This document shows, piece after piece, positions 39,151 through 49,524 of a stretch of 64,000 nucleotides of DNA. The position numbers were made by a program, and so were the translations under genes. Position 1 is the stretch's first letter; each line of letters starts with the position of its first letter. The DNA comes from Candidatus Hodarchaeota archaeon. Lineage in GTDB: Archaea; Asgardarchaeota; Lokiarchaeia; Sigyniarchaeales; SOKP01. The stretch spans positions 1 to 64,000 of the forward strand of contig JBHLJY010000008.1 in the NCBI GenBank assembly GCA_048887225.1. Reading direction: 5' to 3'. The notes under the pieces were generated by a model. It had not been told where the DNA came from, did not search any database, and worked only from the letters and a program-made list of their open reading frames with translations.

Positions 39151-40878
39151 TTATTTAGCTATTTTATCGGCTATAGGTTTTTTTTCTATAGGTTTACTTT
39201 TTAATAAAGAAGTAGCTGAAACTTCTCTGTATATTGAATTAAATGCATTTTCACGACTAATAATCTCCACGCTTGGCATTTTTTTCCTTTTCAGTGTTCT
39301 TCGATATTTTCGGACTTTCCTAACAGGTTTTGGATATTTTAAAACTCTTATATAATAGACGAGATAACCACCTAGGCAAACAGCGCCCCCGATAGCAGCT
39401 ATAGCTATTAATAGATTGAACCATGGTTCTTCAATAATCGTTGTTTTAGTTTTGTCATCATCATCATCGGCAGCTGGAGGGGGGGGATTGTAAAATACAG
39501 TGTATGAGATTACAAAATCTACATTATCAATTGAAATATTAATAATTTGATTTAATTCAAACTCGTCCCCCATGAAAACTTGAATAGAAAGAGTAATGTT
39601 TTCTTCTATAGGAATATAATTAGTGACATCATAACCACCTGTAATTGCTTCTTGAAATGATTCATTAGCAGAACTTAGTTTAATAAAAGCATATTTTGTT
39701 TGTTCAAAGTCATTTATTAAAAATTTGATTTCTGAATTTGGAGAAGTAGTGGTTTCTGTCCAATTTTTATCAATTTTATAATCAAAATTAAGATTAGCAT
39801 CGTCAATTCTAGTATAACTGTAGTATGGCTCGTTTGTATGGTTAATCATATTCCCCATCTGATTCCACGACAAAGAAGTACCATAGTCTATCTTTTTCTC
39901 ATATGTAAATGTTAAGTTAAGTGATTTAAAACGCATATCTGTCCATTCATCACGATCTGTAGTGGATAAATTATCTTCACAGTACATAAATATCCCCAAT
40001 ATAACTGTAAAATTATTATGACCAGGATCGACTGCTAAAACATTAGTTATTGCGTCTATTATAGCTTGTTGGCCGTAGGTTCCAATTAATCCTTCCATAT
40101 CATAATACAGTAAATTTTCATTTCCTAATAAACGGGTTTGGTTAAAAGCAATCCTATATGTATTCAATTCGTTAACATCTAAATCACTTATTTCAACATA
40201 AAATTGTGCCCAATCATATGTTTCATATTGGTTTATAGCTACCTGACCAGGAAGCCATCTAGCCCATACATCATTAGGTGTATCAATATTTTGATCGACA
40301 CTAGCATTTATAATTGCCTCAAAATCTGCCGAGGTAATTATATAATCTGACATGTCAAATGGCATACTTACATTTATTTTCCAATGCATTCGGGGGGTAT
40401 TTTTAGGTTGTTCTCCTGGATCATTTTCCCACCACTCATGACCACAATAAGCTCCGTCAACATCAACTCCATAGCCTAAGTCTGGTAAAATGACCAAATC
40501 CGTCTTATTGAAAGGTACCCAATTTGAATATGTTGTTGAATTGAGAATTACTTGTTTTTCATCTTTATACCCTTTTATTAAATAACTAGCTACTCCACCA
40601 CCTGCACTTGCGCTAACATCAGATGAATCTCCTTGCGTAGTATTAAACCAAGGATCTTTCCCTGTGGAAAAGTCTGTATTATTCATCCATTCAATATTCA
40701 CATATGAGATTGATGTCACAGCCGAGGTGCGAGGATTTCCTTGTTCTTCAATTTCAATAGTGTTTAAAGAATTATTTTTATCATGTGTTTCAGTCAGTAA
40801 TAATAGAGATAAAGAAAATATAATAAAAATACTAACTATTTTTAAAGGTGTCCAAATACTTTTACTAATTAGATTCAT
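39151..40878 (-). CDS. cell-surface glycoprotein, copy 3
   Basis: Same architecture and tail; more divergent ectodomain. Confidence 0.85.
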   Translation of the reverse strand: MNLISKSIWTPLKIVSIFIIFSLSLLLLTETHDKNNSLNTIEIEEQGNPRTSAVTSISYVNIEWMNNTDFSTGKDPWFNTTQGDSSDVSASAGGGVASYLIKGYKDEKQVILNSTTYSNWVPFNKTDLVILPDLGYGVDVDGAYCGHEWWENDPGEQPKNTPRMHWKINVSMPFDMSDYIITSADFEAIINASVDQNIDTPNDVWARWLPGQVAINQYETYDWAQFYVEISDLDVNELNTYRIAFNQTRLLGNENLLYYDMEGLIGTYGQQAIIDAITNVLAVDPGHNNFTVILGIFMYCEDNLSTTDRDEWTDMRFKSLNLTFTYEKKIDYGTSLSWNQMGNMINHTNEPYYSYTRIDDANLNFDYKIDKNWTETTTSPNSEIKFLINDFEQTKYAFIKLSSANESFQEAITGGYDVTNYIPIEENITLSIQVFMGDEFELNQIINISIDNVDFVISYTVFYNPPPPAADDDDDKTKTTIIEEPWFNLLIAIAAIGGAVCLGGYLVYYIRVLKYPKPVRKVRKYRRTLKRKKMPSVEIISRENAFNSIYREVSATSLLKSKPIEKKPIADKIAK

Positions 40879-41209
40879 ATTGGAAATAGTCCTTTTGAAT
40901 AATTTCTATTACATTATTTATTTTTATTTGGAAAATAAGAATTCATCTTATTTATATAATTTTTAATTTAATTATAAATAAAATCTTTGATTATGAATTT
41001 CATATGAGATACTTTTATACCTAAATCAAGCTTGACAAATGTTAATTAACTAAAAATAATATAATTTAAAAATATTGCATTTCAATTATGAACTTAAAAT
41101 GATATAATTTAATAAATCATTCTGTAATAAATTATTTTAGAGCAAAAAATTTTTAAAAAATTAAATACAATAGAAATTATTTAAAAAAAGAGTTAAGGCG
41201 ATTATAAAA

Positions 41210-42541
41210 TTGATTCAAGGTATATTATCATTTCAATTTGTTTTAAATCAAACTGATAAGGGGGAAATTTCACCGGAATTTAGACCTATTCAAGTTATTT
41301 TTAAAGAAGGAGAAGAGCTTTTCACCAAAGATAATTTTGCTGACTTAATTATAGAGAATGACCTTTTTGCTACGTTTTATCAGCATACGACGGGAATTTA
41401 CGGAGAAAAAGGTCCGGTTAGTAATTTTTATACAGGGCGCTTAAAAGAAACACCTTATCAAGTTTTATCCTATTTTCGACAAGAGAAGGATGGTTCACAA
41501 TTTATAACAATAGCAATATTCGAATTAGATGATGAGATTGAGCTATTCGAGGATATGATTAAGGACTTAGCAACTAGACTAGATGTCATATTTCAAACAC
41601 TATTAAGAGCTCAAAACTCAAGGCAAATCTCTCAAATTTCTAACGTAAATATCAGACTGGCTAATGAACTCAAATTTACAATCTTTCAAATTGAAAGATT
41701 AATGCGATTAGATAAACTCCAGAAAGTTGCTTTAATATATAATAGTCTCGAACGATTAAAAATACTAGAGATTTTACGCGAAAGACCAATTTTAAAAGAA
41801 GAGTTGAAAAGTATTATCGAAAAATTAAAACCTACTATAAACATTGATATACTTCTCAGACCTTTTTTAGAATTAAATTTAATTCGGCGGGATTGGAGCA
41901 AGGGAGAAAAGGATAAGGAAACTGGTATTATTAGAAATCAGGGAGAATATTTATTTTTAGTAAAAGATATTGTATTAGCACGCGTTCCTAGCGAATATAT
42001 AATAAACCATTTAAAAGAATCAAAAATAGAATTATTTGAATTATATAAACAAAAAGTAATTGAATTCTTTTCAAATTACGATCCATTGACAGAACCAATT
42101 GAAGAAACGAGAAAATTAGCGGCGATACTTTTAAATCCTGATATATACGATTTTTTTGCACTTCTACGCTCTAACTATTATCCTTTTGATAAAATTCCAA
42201 AAGTATTCTCAGATTTTGCTGTAACCGAAATTCTTTTAGATAATCTAAAGAAATTAAATGTTATAACTGAGATCACCGTGGAAGAAGAGGTAGAAGAAAA
42301 AGAAACACAAGAAATAAAAGAAAAAAAGAAAAAAGAAATAAAAGAAAAAAAGAAAGAAGAACGAAAATGGATATTATTATTAACAGATATAGAACCATTA
42401 ATTATATTTCCAGAATATATCCTTCCCTTTATTCGAGAATCCTTTAAATCTGATGATAAAAAAGTGCAAATATCACATGTAATAGCTAAGAAAGCTTATG
42501 ATTTATTGGAGGTTACTTTTCCAGAGAAAGTCGAATTTTAG
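41210..42541 (+). CDS. uncharacterised protein; putative longin-like N-terminus plus winged-helix-like repeats
   Basis: Beta-beta-alpha-beta-beta-beta-alpha-like N-terminus; RLKILEILRERPILKEEL...LELNLIRR HTH/wing pattern. Confidence 0.65.
   Translation: MIQGILSFQFVLNQTDKGEISPEFRPIQVIFKEGEELFTKDNFADLIIENDLFATFYQHTTGIYGEKGPVSNFYTGRLKETPYQVLSYFRQEKDGSQFITIAIFELDDEIELFEDMIKDLATRLDVIFQTLLRAQNSRQISQISNVNIRLANELKFTIFQIERLMRLDKLQKVALIYNSLERLKILEILRERPILKEELKSIIEKLKPTINIDILLRPFLELNLIRRDWSKGEKDKETGIIRNQGEYLFLVKDIVLARVPSEYIINHLKESKIELFELYKQKVIEFFSNYDPLTEPIEETRKLAAILLNPDIYDFFALLRSNYYPFDKIPKVFSDFAVTEILLDNLKKLNVITEITVEEEVEEKETQEIKEKKKKEIKEKKKEERKWILLLTDIEPLIIFPEYILPFIRESFKSDDKKVQISHVIAKKAYDLLEVTFPEKVEF
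42311..42358 (+). repeat. 24-bp tandem duplication encoding EIKEKKKK/EIKEKKKE
   Basis: gaaataaaagaaaaaaagaaaaaa followed by gaaataaaagaaaaaaagaaagaa. Confidence 0.8.
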
Positions 42542-42575
42542 GTGAGATGATAATTAAAAGAGGTGAATTAAAAAG

Positions 42576-44900
42576 ATGTATCTATTTAAAGACCAAGAAG
42601 AAGTAGAAATCTCTATTAATTGCAAATTATGTTTAAAAGAAATTAAATTCAAAATATCAGTTGAGGAATATAAAAATATAACCAAATTCCCCATTAAAAA
42701 AGAAAGTGTTCATGGAACTCCTCAACATCGACTAGTTGCGTATATTAGTAAGAATCTAGATATCGAAAATTTTAAAATAGAAGAAATGGAACTAGAAGAA
42801 GAAAAATCAACTTACGATGAGGAAGTAACACGGCAAGTATTAAGTAACCTTGAATTATCTGATGAAGAAATAGAGTTATATCTTCGAATTACGGGGCGAG
42901 ATGCAGTTTCTCTTGGCGAATTAGCGCTCTTAGCTGATAAGACTAAAGAAGATACCGAAAGAATGGCAGAACGTTTTGTTGAAAAAGGTTTATTTAAAGA
43001 AATTGTTGGAGCTACACCTCATTTTACTCCATTACCTCCATACGCAGCATTGGTTAGCCAATTAGAAACTTTTCGTACTTATATTACAGATCTTAAAGAA
43101 CAAGCACCTGCCGAATTAAATGAGTCATTTTCTCAACTTGAAGCACAAGCTGAAGGTATCAAAAATATTAAAGACTATACAGATTTCATGAATCAATTAA
43201 AACAAGACACACTATCAGACATTTTAACTCATAGGAAAAAATTTGATCAAACAGCTTCAGTAATAGAAGAAATTGTTGGACTTCAAGATTTTATAACTAA
43301 TCTAGAAAGTGAAGCAAGAAATATTATGGATAGCCAGACAGAGGTATTAACAAAACAATTTGATGAGCTTGGTAATAAAATATCACAAAGTATGGATCGT
43401 CAAGTTGAAGATCTAACAGCTCAATTTGATAAAATCAATACACAAATAAGTAACATTGTATTAACTCAAATTGATAATTTTAAAAATCAATTTAATGATA
43501 TGAAAGAAAGAATTTCAAATAATCTGCAAAAACTACGTCTAGGCGTGCTTCAACAAGCCGTTGATCAAGTAATCGAGACGAGCTTTACAGAATGGCTAAA
43601 TAAAATAACTGAAAATCTAAATGCGCAATTGAATGAAATCCAGAAAGCTTCTAAAGATGGATTAGTAAAAACAAAGATAAGCCTCAATAGGCAATTAGAC
43701 GAAATTCAAAGAGTTCAAAATGAGGGAATAGTAAACACAACTGATAAGTTTAATACAGAATTAATTTCGAAATTAAAAGAATCAATTGACAGTACTGTTA
43801 ATAATATCAAAGGAATTACTACAACAACGGCTCAGTCTGGAGATGCTGTAAAACAGCTTTTTGGGGAAATAAGTAAAAATTTTAGTAAAGCTGTAACAAT
43901 GGCGGAGGAAAAGCTTGGTGGAATGTCGGAAAATGTATTCGAGTCTTTTGATAATTTAAGAGAAACATTTTCGTCAAAAATAGTTGAATCGTTAAGCAAT
44001 ATTTTAAACGATATCATAGATAGGCTACAAATGAGTGAATTGGCTACAAAACAATTCTGGGACCAAGCTGTATCAGGGGTCGCAGGCGCTGCAGCATTAA
44101 CTATGAAAGATATATGGTTTATACGCTCTATTGAAGGAGCAAAAGCTCATGTTAACGACGAAATATCACAAGCTAAAATGAGGGTGTTGATCGTTGCCCC
44201 TCAAATAACAGATATAAATATTGATTCAATCAAAGCATGCAAACAACATGTAAATATTAGAATTGCTACGAGTTCTGATTTATCTAATCCAGAACATATT
44301 TCAATATTGGGAGAATTATCTGAAATGCCAAATGTTTCCGTTAGAAATCGTAAATTACAAAATTTATGGGGGATAAATAGGGATTACGAAGAAGTTGTAC
44401 TATGTGTTATCTCAAAAACAGAGTCTGGAACAGAAATTGCTGGTATTGGAAGTATAATTCAGGAACATATAAAGATATTTGTTCCCATCTTAGAAGATGC
44501 GTGGATTGGCGCTCAAAAAGGATTCGCTCCTCCTATGACAACATCCCAATCAAGTGGATCAGGTGAACTCACAGAAGAAAAAGTAGCGGCTCCAGAAATT
44601 GAGGAAGTAGAAAAACCAGAAAGTGCAATTTCTGATGTTGAAGCTTTCGAAGGAGCATCTTTAACAGAACAAATTGATGCTTTATTAAAAACTGTCGATA
44701 AAATTACTGGGACAAAAATAGCATCAAAATTAGAAATAATCAAAAATAATATTGAGAGCCAAAAGGGATTTTCAGTAGTTCTTACCCCAATTAACTTAGC
44801 TATTGCTACTTACAAATATGAAGATAATATATTAAGTTCAGAAGAGTTAGAAGAGTTAAAAACTAAACTAAATTTTTGGCGTAAAAAACTTAATATCTAA
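42576..44900 (+). CDS. multidomain TrmB-like protein (Zn-binding domain, wHTH, long helical insert, PLD-like effector domain, four-helix tail)
   Basis: CKLC..HGTPQH; LSDEEIELYL..LGELA..EKGL..PLPP; ISQAK.RVLIVAP..RIAT..RDYEEV; GAGGTGA RBS at 42560-42566. Confidence 0.8.
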   Translation: MYLFKDQEEVEISINCKLCLKEIKFKISVEEYKNITKFPIKKESVHGTPQHRLVAYISKNLDIENFKIEEMELEEEKSTYDEEVTRQVLSNLELSDEEIELYLRITGRDAVSLGELALLADKTKEDTERMAERFVEKGLFKEIVGATPHFTPLPPYAALVSQLETFRTYITDLKEQAPAELNESFSQLEAQAEGIKNIKDYTDFMNQLKQDTLSDILTHRKKFDQTASVIEEIVGLQDFITNLESEARNIMDSQTEVLTKQFDELGNKISQSMDRQVEDLTAQFDKINTQISNIVLTQIDNFKNQFNDMKERISNNLQKLRLGVLQQAVDQVIETSFTEWLNKITENLNAQLNEIQKASKDGLVKTKISLNRQLDEIQRVQNEGIVNTTDKFNTELISKLKESIDSTVNNIKGITTTTAQSGDAVKQLFGEISKNFSKAVTMAEEKLGGMSENVFESFDNLRETFSSKIVESLSNILNDIIDRLQMSELATKQFWDQAVSGVAGAAALTMKDIWFIRSIEGAKAHVNDEISQAKMRVLIVAPQITDINIDSIKACKQHVNIRIATSSDLSNPEHISILGELSEMPNVSVRNRKLQNLWGINRDYEEVVLCVISKTESGTEIAGIGSIIQEHIKIFVPILEDAWIGAQKGFAPPMTTSQSSGSGELTEEKVAAPEIEEVEKPESAISDVEAFEGASLTEQIDALLKTVDKITGTKIASKLEIIKNNIESQKGFSVVLTPINLAIATYKYEDNILSSEELEELKTKLNFWRKKLNI

Positions 44901-44989
44901 ATATCTTTTTTTTCTGTTCGAGGGTAATTCTTTCTAGTTTAGATTTAAAATAAAATATTTATTATTTTATTTTTAATTATTTTGTTTGT

Positions 44990-45985
44990 ATGACTCAAAG
45001 AATCATAACTGTAGAGACAGGGAAAATCAACGATTATTTGCATCACATAGATTTGAAAGAATTTGGAACACGAAGGATTTTATCTTCATTTATTGGAGAA
45101 TTCGATAATTTTTCGGTAATTATTGATAGTGGTTCTTCCCTTGAGGTTAAAAGGCTTATAAGATATGCTAAAAAAAACCAAATTCCTTTGTCATCATTTA
45201 AATATTTCATTACAACTCACCATCATTTCGATCATAATGGAGGAATGTGGAAACTTTACGAATTGATAAAAAAACATAATCCTAATGTGAAAATTATAAC
45301 AAATCAAAAGACTAAGGAATTGCTAAACGATTATGAATATCATCTCAACCGAGCAAAAAGCACCTTTGGAAATAATATTGGTGAAATGAGACCGATCGAA
45401 AAATCAGCTTTTAATATAATAGAACCAACAATAAATTTTAGTTCAAGTCCGAATTCTATTGAAACTATTGATACTTTTAGTTTGAATGGAAAAGAAATAA
45501 AATTATCTATATTAAAAACACCAGGTCATACTCCTGATCATCAATGTCCATTATTCATTAAAGATGGTGAAATTGACTTCATAGGTTTTGGAGAGGCCGT
45601 AGGTACTTTATATCACTCTACTAAGCTATTAACAATGCCTACATCAATGCCAGTCTATTTTCAATATAAAGAATATATGGAAACTCTTGAAAAATTGAAA
45701 AAATTACATCCCATAAAAGCTGGCTTCGGTCATTTCGGTGTTGTCAGCGGAAAAGCCAATGTTCGTGAAATTTTATTCGAACACGAATCTTTTATGAAAG
45801 AATATAGGGCTAAAATAATAAAATATTACGAACAAAAACCCGAAACAAGGTATGTAGTTAAAAGAATTCTTCCCTTTTTGGTTCATAGGACTGATTTAAT
45901 GGGTGGAGACAACCCAGTCCTTAGAAATATTATATTAGCTATAGTCTACGGTATGATGGTGGACTTAGGATATAGAAATATCTAA
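44990..45985 (+). CDS. metallo-beta-lactamase fold hydrolase
   Basis: THHHFDHNGG, TPGHTPDH, FGHFG. Confidence 0.9.
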   Translation: MTQRIITVETGKINDYLHHIDLKEFGTRRILSSFIGEFDNFSVIIDSGSSLEVKRLIRYAKKNQIPLSSFKYFITTHHHFDHNGGMWKLYELIKKHNPNVKIITNQKTKELLNDYEYHLNRAKSTFGNNIGEMRPIEKSAFNIIEPTINFSSSPNSIETIDTFSLNGKEIKLSILKTPGHTPDHQCPLFIKDGEIDFIGFGEAVGTLYHSTKLLTMPTSMPVYFQYKEYMETLEKLKKLHPIKAGFGHFGVVSGKANVREILFEHESFMKEYRAKIIKYYEQKPETRYVVKRILPFLVHRTDLMGGDNPVLRNIILAIVYGMMVDLGYRNI

Positions 45986-46045
45986 TTTTTAGTTTGAATG
46001 TTTAATTCAAAAACTTCTAATTTCAAGAATTTTTAACCTTTTATA

Positions 46046-47245
46046 ATGGATCAGAATATTGAAGAATTCGATTTAGTTATAATCGGCGGCAGTATTGCCG
46101 GTAATTATCTTACATATTTATTATCAAAATCCAATTTAAAAATAGCTGTGATTGAAGAGCACAATCAAATTGGGTTACCATTTCAATGTGCTGGTATTGT
46201 ATCGCAAAAATTAGGACAATTAATTAATCTTCCCGAAGAAATTGTTTTAAATCGTGTAAATGTTGCAAAAATTGTTGCTCCTTCCAGAAAATTTATAAAA
46301 TTATCTGGAAATGAACAACCCCTCATCATTGACAGGATTGCTTTAGACCAATTATTTTATGAAAAAATTAGAAATAATGATAATATTACTTATTTTCTTG
46401 GAGAGAAATTCAAATTATTAAAATATTTCATAGAAAATCAACAAAAACTTATTTTTGTGGAAACAAACAAAAGGGTATTAAAAGCAAGGATTTTGGTTGG
46501 ATGCGACGGCCCTCTCTCTTTAGTAGCAAGCTCTTTTGGAATTAGAAATAAACTTCTATATGGAACTCAAATTAGAATAAAAGGCAACTTTGATCAAAAA
46601 GAAGCAGTAATGTTCTTTGATCCTCGCTGGAAAGAATTATTTGGGTGGATAGTATCAGAAGGAAGCAACAATATATATAGAATTGGACTTTCATCTGCTA
46701 AGAATATAAATATAAATTTTAAGATTTTCTTAAATATGCTCCCTATCATTAGCGATGAAAAAATTGATCAGCAAGGCGGATTAATACCTTATGGAATTAT
46801 GAACAAATTAGCATTTGATAATGCTTTACTATTAGGGGATTCTGCATGTCAAGTAAAAGCTACAACAGGAGGAGGAATAGTTATGCTATTAATAGCAGCG
46901 AAATATGCGTGTTATTGCATTCAAAATTGCTTTAAATCCAATAAATTTTCAAAGAGATTTATTAAAAAATATTATGAAAAACCTTGTCGTGCGTCGATTG
47001 GTAAACAACTAATAACTCATTACTTAATAAGACAACTTTTTGAAAACTTTAGTAATAAGGATTATGAAAATTTGTTTCAGATTGTTAAAACCAATAAAAT
47101 CGAAAAATTAATATCTTTATATGGAGATATGGATTTCCCAAGAAGTCTATTAATTAAATTGTTAAAAAATTCAAAAATAATAAAATTCTTAATTCGATTG
47201 TTAATAAAAAAACCTTTTCTTGTTTTAAAACTAATCAAGTTATAA
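46046..47245 (+). CDS. geranylgeranyl reductase family FAD oxidoreductase
   Basis: IGLPFQCAG, GCDG, FGW, GDSA.QVKATTGGGI. Confidence 0.88.
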   Translation: MDQNIEEFDLVIIGGSIAGNYLTYLLSKSNLKIAVIEEHNQIGLPFQCAGIVSQKLGQLINLPEEIVLNRVNVAKIVAPSRKFIKLSGNEQPLIIDRIALDQLFYEKIRNNDNITYFLGEKFKLLKYFIENQQKLIFVETNKRVLKARILVGCDGPLSLVASSFGIRNKLLYGTQIRIKGNFDQKEAVMFFDPRWKELFGWIVSEGSNNIYRIGLSSAKNININFKIFLNMLPIISDEKIDQQGGLIPYGIMNKLAFDNALLLGDSACQVKATTGGGIVMLLIAAKYACYCIQNCFKSNKFSKRFIKKYYEKPCRASIGKQLITHYLIRQLFENFSNKDYENLFQIVKTNKIEKLISLYGDMDFPRSLLIKLLKNSKIIKFLIRLLIKKPFLVLKLIKL

Positions 47246-47246
47246 T

Positions 47247-47633
47247 TTATCTATATGGAGAGCCCCACGTAAAAATCGGAATATGCCCAAACAAGAAATA
47301 CCAAACTACAAAAAAAGAAACAATAATAATGTCAACAACAAGGCCAAATCCTTTAACACCTTTAGGAATACCTAAACCTTCCTTATTTCGACATTGTACA
47401 ATGGCACGTACTCCTGCTACTAAATAAATCAGAGCAACTAAAAGAGAAACAATATATAAAAAAATCGCAAACAATGCAAAAGTATAAATTGGTCTTCCTT
47501 CTGGATCAACTAGTATATTTAACAATGTCCAATATTCAAATATTAAATAGGATGGAATGGCGATAAAGATAATTGCTGATAAAAAGAAAGCCAAGCTCCA
47601 AAGGATACCTTTTAATGCCATTTTAACATCCAA
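47247..47633 (-). CDS. small 3-TM membrane protein
   Basis: Three hydrophobic helices. Confidence 0.65.
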   Translation of the reverse strand: MDVKMALKGILWSLAFFLSAIIFIAIPSYLIFEYWTLLNILVDPEGRPIYTFALFAIFLYIVSLLVALIYLVAGVRAIVQCRNKEGLGIPKGVKGFGLVVDIIIVSFFVVWYFLFGHIPIFTWGSPYR

Positions 47634-47719
47634 TTAACATCTTATTATTTTTATTTAGTATATTCTTGATTATTTATAAGATTTGTTAGCGAATGAATTC
47701 TGAGCTCTTAGAAGCAGAT

Positions 47720-48232
47720 TTATTGAGGTTGAAAATCCTCATTTAATATAATCATTGTTGCGAGTTTTGCAGCATTTCCAACTAAATCAGGACAATAATC
47801 CATTAATCCACCAGGAGCCATAGCTGCTGCAATATCATCAGGTTCCCACATATCATATGCCCTCCCTGTAAAAGATACCTGCAAATTTTCACAACGACAC
47901 GTTCCATATTTTTCAACAAACTGAAAATGTAATTTCTTGACAAGTTCATAAGATTTAAAGGGTTTTAATGGGTTTTTAAAATCTGAATGGTCTCTCCCGA
48001 ATAAATAACTTATTACCATGGATGCACCAACAAGGGCACCACACGCACCATCTCTGGTTAATCCTAATCCATCAGCTAATCCACTCGCTGATTTGAAAAC
48101 ACTCTCATCCCAAATACCTAATGCTTCGAAAATAGCAGCAATAACGCATTGGGCGCATCCTGTACATTCTGCTTCGTACTTTTTTCCAAGTTCGAAGGCT
48201 TTATTCAAAATTGAGTCTTTTGATTCTGCCAT
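47720..48232 (-). CDS. C_GCAxxG_C_C family putative redox-active protein
   Basis: GCAQC, CGALVG, C.C, YCP. Confidence 0.88.
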   Translation of the reverse strand: MAESKDSILNKAFELGKKYEAECTGCAQCVIAAIFEALGIWDESVFKSASGLADGLGLTRDGACGALVGASMVISYLFGRDHSDFKNPLKPFKSYELVKKLHFQFVEKYGTCRCENLQVSFTGRAYDMWEPDDIAAAMAPGGLMDYCPDLVGNAAKLATMIILNEDFQPQ

Positions 48233-48323
48233 TTTTCTTCATTTTAAATAGATATTGGTAAAATATATAATCTGGTTATTGATTAAATTTATTAAATTTA
48301 TTAAATATATATAGGTTTTTAAA

Positions 48324-49472
48324 TTGAATTTTGAACTTACGGAACAACAACAACTTGTTAGACGAAGTGTAAGAAAATTTGCTGAAGAAATTCTAGCACC
48401 AGCAGCCCCTATATTTGACCGTGAAGCCCAATATAGTTGGGATATTATAAATGAATTATCTAAAATAAATGCTTTTGGTATTCAACTTCCAGAAAAGTAT
48501 GGAGGTGCTGATTTAGATAATATTAGTTATGCAATTACTATTGAAGAAATTTCACGTGTATGTGCATCAACTGGACTAATGTTGTCTGTTCATAATTCTG
48601 TAGGAGCTTATCCCATTTATAAATGGGGAACAGAAGAACAGAAGGAAAAGTATTTATACGACATTGCTCATGGAAAAAAAATTTCGGGTTTTTCTTGGAC
48701 GGAACCAAACGCAGGATCAGATGCGCAAGGAATTGAATGTACTATGGTTCAGGATGGAAATGACTTTATTTTAAACGGTTCAAAAATATTCGTGACTAAC
48801 GGTGCTATAGGGTCAGTTTTATTAATTGGAACGAGATATAAAACTAACGATGGTCAAAAAGGGATAGCAACTGTAATCCTTGAGAAAGATATGAAAGGAT
48901 ATGAAATAGGGCAACCTGAAGATAAATTGGGTGTCCGAGGGAATATTACTACAAGCTTATATTTTCATGATATTCTGATTCCCAAAGAAAATGTATTAGG
49001 TTCTCTTGACGATGGATTTAGAATTGCAATGCGAACTTTAGATGTAGGAAGAATTGGCATTGCTGCTCAAGCATTAGGAATAGCACAAGCTGCTTACGAA
49101 CATTCTGTAGAGTATTCACAGGGAAGAATTCAATTTAAAAGACCTATTTCGCAGTTTCAAGGTATATCATTTAAGCTAGCTGAGATGTCAACTAAAATTG
49201 ATGCTGCAAGACTGTTAATTTATAGGGCGTCATATATGAAAGATAAAAAAAAGAGATTTTCAAAAGAGTCTGCGATGTGTAAATACTTTGCAAGCAAAAT
49301 TGCCCGTCAGGTGACTCAAGAAGCTATTCAAATTCACGGGGGATACGGTTATATGAAAGATTTACCACTCGAAAGATATTATAGGGATGCGGCTGCAACC
49401 ACAATATACGAAGGGACGAGTGAGATAATGAAATTAATAATTGCTCAGCAGATCTTAAGAGGCAATTTGTAG
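48324..49472 (+). CDS. acyl-CoA (butyryl-CoA-like) dehydrogenase
   Basis: TEPNAGSD, NGSKIFVTNG, GRIGIAAQALG, QIHGGYGY, IYEGTSE. Confidence 0.95.
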   Translation: MNFELTEQQQLVRRSVRKFAEEILAPAAPIFDREAQYSWDIINELSKINAFGIQLPEKYGGADLDNISYAITIEEISRVCASTGLMLSVHNSVGAYPIYKWGTEEQKEKYLYDIAHGKKISGFSWTEPNAGSDAQGIECTMVQDGNDFILNGSKIFVTNGAIGSVLLIGTRYKTNDGQKGIATVILEKDMKGYEIGQPEDKLGVRGNITTSLYFHDILIPKENVLGSLDDGFRIAMRTLDVGRIGIAAQALGIAQAAYEHSVEYSQGRIQFKRPISQFQGISFKLAEMSTKIDAARLLIYRASYMKDKKKRFSKESAMCKYFASKIARQVTQEAIQIHGGYGYMKDLPLERYYRDAAATTIYEGTSEIMKLIIAQQILRGNL

Positions 49473-49524
49473 CATTTACAAATGAATTAAATTAGCTAAC
49501 AAGTCATACGAGGAAAAATTTTAT

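Noticed and set aside
35288-40878. Diversity-generating retroelement or CRISPR-like origin of the repeats
   Set aside because: No reverse transcriptase, no adenine-specific mismatch pattern and no repeat-spacer periodicity; the repeats are paralogous coding sequence.
42311-42358. 24-bp tandem repeat as a functional element
   Set aside because: In-frame slippage duplication in a low-complexity Lys/Glu loop.
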